The position numbers were made by a program, and so were the translations under genes. 64,000 nucleotides of DNA from Tubulanus polymorphus (taxonomy: Eukaryota > Animalia > Nemertea), in contig NC_134030.1 in assembly GCF_964204645.1 (NCBI RefSeq), forward strand, positions 15,376,110 to 15,440,109, read 5' to 3'. Numbering within the stretch: position 1 is the stretch's first letter; each line of letters starts with the position of its first letter. The notes under the pieces are model-generated. The model made no database searches and was not told the DNA's origin. It saw only the letters and a program-made list of their open reading frames with translations. Shown here piece by piece: positions 59,491-64,000 of the stretch.

Positions 59491-60120
59491 TCAAAACATT
59501 TGAGAACGCGTTAATAGCCCATCACCAGGAGGAGCTGTGAGTGCCAGTACACCGGGCCCACGTTCAGTCTGGGCCTCATCATCTATTACTACGATCTCGG
59601 GCTCCACTGACGAAACTGTCAGCTGAGTCGCTTCTCGTAATTCAGTACTAAAAGAACGATACACCGCGACAACCACTACCTTACTCGGAACTGATACGAG
59701 CTGTCTCATCGTGAAAAGACTCGTGAAAAGACTAACCCGTAGGGGCACCGAGCAAGACGTCGGCAGATTGTACATCGTTCCTTGCGAACAAGTCAGTTGC
59801 TTAGTCTGCCAGGTTAAGTTCAAGCGGGCGACTCCACAAATGACCCGTAATGCAACCTTAGTGAGAGCTGGAGGTTCAAAACGACATCTCGTTTCACAAC
59901 CGGACAAGTCCAATGTCTGAATTCCATTCTTAAGTCTTATGGCTAACCTAACCGGATATTTCCCCGGTGAACAAGGTGCAGGCAAACAGTGTCGGCACCT
60001 GTAGCACATAGCACGCAATAAAGGTCTGAACACAATTATAACTATACCTACTACAATAACTAAGAACAGGACGACATCGACGCGCCCGCCGAGAGACCAA
60101 TAGCAAGCCAAGTGAGCCAC
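59491..60120 (-). CDS. 209-aa TM-containing ORF overlapping the env 3' end
   Basis: VVLFLVIVVGIVIIVF TM followed by CYRCRHC; separate ORF or frameshifted env tail. Confidence 0.5.
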   Translation of the reverse strand: MAHLACYWSLGGRVDVVLFLVIVVGIVIIVFRPLLRAMCYRCRHCLPAPCSPGKYPVRLAIRLKNGIQTLDLSGCETRCRFEPPALTKVALRVICGVARLNLTWQTKQLTCSQGTMYNLPTSCSVPLRVSLFTSLFTMRQLVSVPSKVVVVAVYRSFSTELREATQLTVSSVEPEIVVIDDEAQTERGPGVLALTAPPGDGLLTRSQMF

Positions 60121-61804
60121 CCTGTACCGGTTCCAGACGAAATAACAGGTTCAGAATGATCAAATAAAGCGTCTGCTTGCGATCGGTACAGTTTAGCGTC
60201 AGTTTGAACGGTTCTTGCTAACTTTTTGAAATCCATGCTAAATTTAGTGTCCACCGCAGCCACTTTTGACCAGTTATTAGCCTTGAAATCCAGACTAGGC
60301 AGCGGTGCGTATGGCGTTCCCTGGAACATTGTTGCTCCAGTAACGTTGGACACTACATTCTTTGAAAAGAAACTATGTAGGACCGGTAAATTAACAGCGT
60401 GCGCAATGGTCACCGTGTCTTGGTTAATACATTTGTTAATTCTACCGGGCACAAAAAATTTTGATCCACGCAATGCACATGCACACCCAATTTCTACCAA
60501 ACAAAAACGACATGCTTTTATTGCTTTTGGTGACTCGCCCTGCAGACCTCATACCGTATGTGGCATAATGCTAGCACCTGTGAGGGTTTATCGAAGAAAA
60601 GGCTACTCAGGCATGATTCTACGGTTGCTTCGCGCATGGACACGCGCTGCCGGCAAGTCATCACATCGGTTCCATGACAAGTAGCAAATATATCGTGACC
60701 CATTTCAGTGTAGTAACTACCGTCCCTAGTAGCGCCAAAATAAGGGGCTGTACCAACAATCATTGAAGTGTTATAGGACGTTGCGTTTATTGGCACTGGC
60801 ATTAAGACAACCGAGTATAAATCAAAATATGTCTGACTAGATTGCAAGGGGATTTTGATCGATATGTAAACAAATTTATCGGTCTTAGTAAAGCACACAT
60901 CCTTAACTATGTAATAATAGCCTACATCCCTATTAGCTATTGAAAACCCAGAATGCATCCTATTTAATTTTTCGGACACATCGTCAAGAACCTTCGAAAC
61001 CATTTTTGGATTAACCAGGGCTCTAGACAAATATCCCTCCAATAACTTTTCAACCCCCTGCAACCACTCACTGGAAACTGCCGTCAGTCGTACCACTAGG
61101 ATGATATTTCTTATTGTCATCTCAGACGCTAATGCTAGCATACTCGCATCGACACTTTGCTTTAGCAGTGTCGTTCGAATTGATTTAAGTTCTTTTGAAT
61201 TGGCCACGTATGCAGAGGTCAGGCTGCTGATTCGTTTGTCAGTCGCATTAATAAATGAAGAGAGTGTCCCCTGTATGTGGGTGATTTGATCCGAATTCAA
61301 CTTGACTATTTTTTCTACTTTTTTTACGTGATTTTCTACTTGCTGGACTTCATCTTCGGTAGCAGTACCGAACAAGGAAGACGAAATCGATCCGATAAAT
61401 GAAAGTGGTGCACGTTTGACCCTGCGCCCACTGGCGTGTCGTTTCTTTCGTGAGTCGGTATCTGCAGCATCGGGTATCATTTGTCTCATATCAGCCAATT
61501 GTCCCCTGATATGGGTCAACGTGTCTAACTGTAGGCGATGCGCCTCACGAAACATTTCCAAATAGCCGGAGCAGTGAGAACGAAGTTCTGGCTGGACAAG
61601 AGAACAGCGTAGCCGCAAGCCTTTACTCGGGGGGTCATTAACAACTAGCCATGGTATAGCGAACGTGTGAAACCAGGCACTGTCGCCATTATGGACTCCA
61701 CCAATCCGATGAAAGGCGACACCATAGTTTGGCCTCAAGACCGTCGAGGACATCAGACAATAGGCCGACGATCATATGGCCACCAAGATTACGACAATTT
61801 GCAT
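60060..61804 (-). pseudogene. env: Env, class I (baculovirus-F-like) fusion glycoprotein
   Basis: TTTTTCAG acceptor then signal peptide MQIVVILVAI*; furin site RRVKR followed by fusion peptide APLSFIGSISSSLFG; heptad region; Cys-rich CxCxL; frameshift near 60550. Confidence 0.85.
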
Positions 61805-61850
61805 CCTGAAAAATAGGGATAGCAATAATCAGTAATCTCGAAACCACGTA

Positions 61851-64000
61851 CTAGTCGTCTCTTTCTCGACGTCTCTTCTTATTTTTACGAGTTTTTCGCT
61901 TCACTTTAGCGGCATGGTCATCCCAATAGGCTCGAATGATTTCAGGAGGCAGGTTTTCGGCTGGCTCAAACGTGTTCTCATTATCGTCATAGCCAACCCA
62001 TTTTATAAGATATTTCAGAATGCCTTTCTCTTTTTTGTGACGAATCACTCGTTCTACGTAATAGATTGGCTCAACCGGATTCGCAGGCTTATTTTGATCG
62101 CCCGGATCATCCGGTGCGAGCACAGGCCTCTCCTCAGGTTTATCCCTGTCCTCCCTGTCAATAGGTGGATTCTCAGGTATGTCGTCCTCAAGCGGCCTAA
62201 TGTCCGTTGAAAAGAAATGCTTCATTCTATTACAATGTACTGGGACGGCCAACTCTTGATTCCTCTCATTCTCCAATATGAAAGATACAGAAGAAATCTG
62301 TCGGACAATTCGATAAGGGCCCGTCCATTGATGAAGCAATTTCTTACTTAGCCTCTTTATTTTCTTTGGAGTGAATAGCAACACTTGATCACCTACTGCG
62401 AAATTTGGAGGAACGGCAGTCCTGTCGAAACGTTCCTTCATCTTCTCCTGCGCCTTTTTGATATTAGCCTTGGCCAACTTTCTGGCCTCTTTCAACTTTG
62501 GCAACATTGCTTGGACAAAGCCTCCTGCATCAAAGTAAACGTCCCTCGGATTAAGTAAAGCAACGTCCATCGGCAACCTCGGTTCTCGGCCATACGTGAG
62601 GTAGAATGGCGAGTATTGCGACGTATCGGAAGCTGGACTTACCCGATATGCAAATAGAATGGGGTAAAGGTATTCGTCCCAATCGGTTTGGCGTTCATTG
62701 CAGTAAATGCTCAGAGCCTTGACAATCACAAGATTCATGTGCTCGACTTGTCCCTGAGTTTGTGGTCTATACGCACTGGACCGTGCCCGTGGCGTATTAC
62801 ATAGCCGCGAAACCTCGCTGACTAATTTACTCAGGAAATTTGTTCCGCGATCGCTCTGCAAGACAGAGGGCGCCCCATGGCGATAAATGATTTGTTCATA
62901 GAAGATCGTAGCGACCGTCGTGGCTTCTTGATTAGGCATAGCAAAAGCTTCAACCCACTTTGTAAGATAGTCGACAAAGACCAATATGTATTTATTTCCC
63001 GAGTCCGTTGTTGGAAAAGGACCACAGACATCCATTGAGACTCTATCCTACGGCCCTGTGACAGCTATGGGGTTAACCGGGGCCCTAATGGGCTTCCCTG
63101 GCTGATTCTTAGTCGCACAGTCCTTACAGGATTTAATCCAATTTTCAACGTCTCGATACATACCACGCCAGTAATACCTTGCTCGCAAGGTTTCGTAGGT
63201 CCGTTTGTGACCCAAGTGACCGCCAGTCATTGAATCATGACCAGCCTCTAACATTTCCGCATACATTCTTTTAGGTATGACCAACTGACGAGGCCCATCA
63301 GCCTATATTTTCTTTTTAGAGTCTACATGGTAAAGAACTCCATCATCATCAACAAAGAAGTAGTCTGACTGCAAGATAATTCTTCGGGCTTCCTTGTCAT
63401 CATCTGGCAAGGTACCATCAAGTAAATAGTCTATAAGACACACTAATTGTAAATCAGACCGCTGGAGCTCGCCCATGTTCACGGGCACAGGCCGTCATTG
63501 TCAGCCTCGAGAGCACACGTGTCAATAGTGTCTTCCATACTATCAGAAATGGGATACGGGCGACGAGAGAGCCCATCGGCGTTCCCGTTTGCCTTGCTGG
63601 ACGATGCGATATGGAGTAGTCAAATTGCTCTAAGTAGAGTGCAATACGGCCAACACGACCCGAAAGTGTTTTCATGGTCTGAAGATACCGTAAGCAACTG
63701 TGGTCTGTGATAATCTCAAAATGATATCCCCGTAAGCAGGGTTCAAACTTTTTGACTCCTGCTGCAACAGCTAAGAGTTCACGGTCCGTTGTAGAATAAG
63801 TTTTCTCCGCTTTATTCAATCCTCGCCCCGCATATGCAATTGCTCTTTCTTGCCCATCCTAGACCTGCGCCAGTACCATGCCGTTACCTTCATCGGAGGC
63901 ATCAGTATATAATAAAAATGGCGATGCCCCATAAATGGGGAAGGCCAATACTGGGGCTTCGAGCATCGCTTGCTTAAGGGTGTCGAAAGCCTGTTGACAA
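61851..64000 (-). pseudogene. pol: Gypsy pol 3' part (RNase H, integrase, chromodomain)
   Basis: HDSMTGGH..CKDC, MDVCGP, QSDRGTNF, WTGPY, YYVERVI...YLIKWVGYDDNENTFEP; stops and frameshifts. Confidence 0.9.

Larger units (their letters stand above)
59100..64000 (-). mobile_element. Env-containing Gypsy (errantivirus-like) element, degraded, continues beyond right edge; no 3' LTR recognised
   Basis: RNase H (YTDAS, RELLA), integrase, chromodomain and env in order. Confidence 0.88.

Overview
AT-rich eukaryotic (probably invertebrate animal) genomic DNA made up almost entirely of nested mobile elements; I can support no host gene. 1-27.35 kb holds two closely related Polinton/Maverick-type endogenous viruses. 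The complete but decaying one (10685-26950; AGT...ACT ends, ~85-bp TIRs, 6-bp TATATA target-site duplication) encodes pPolB, penton, a membrane-protein block, major capsid protein, chromo-integrase and packaging ATPase. It appears inserted in the terminal non-coding region of a second, rearranged copy that runs off the left edge. Three things stand out: (i) essentially every gene of both elements starts with a T-run plus TAAATG, the poxvirus late-promoter architecture; (ii) the element carries a homolog of poxvirus late transcription factor VLTF3/A2; (iii) pPolB carries a 355-aa LAGLIDADG intein in its catalytic YxD/TD motif. (i) and (ii) suggest a polintovirus wired for transcription by a helper pox-like virus (inference). 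The rest is a CR1/L2-type LINE, a tRNA-derived SINE, a Kolobok transposon (TTAA TSD, THAP transposase, KolX) containing a young Gypsy element with 1606-bp LTRs and an extra C2H2 ORF, MULE, RTEX-like and Penelope fragments, a degenerate hammerhead motif, and a Gypsy element with chromodomain integrase plus F-type env. All family assignments are from motif recognition by eye, not database searches.
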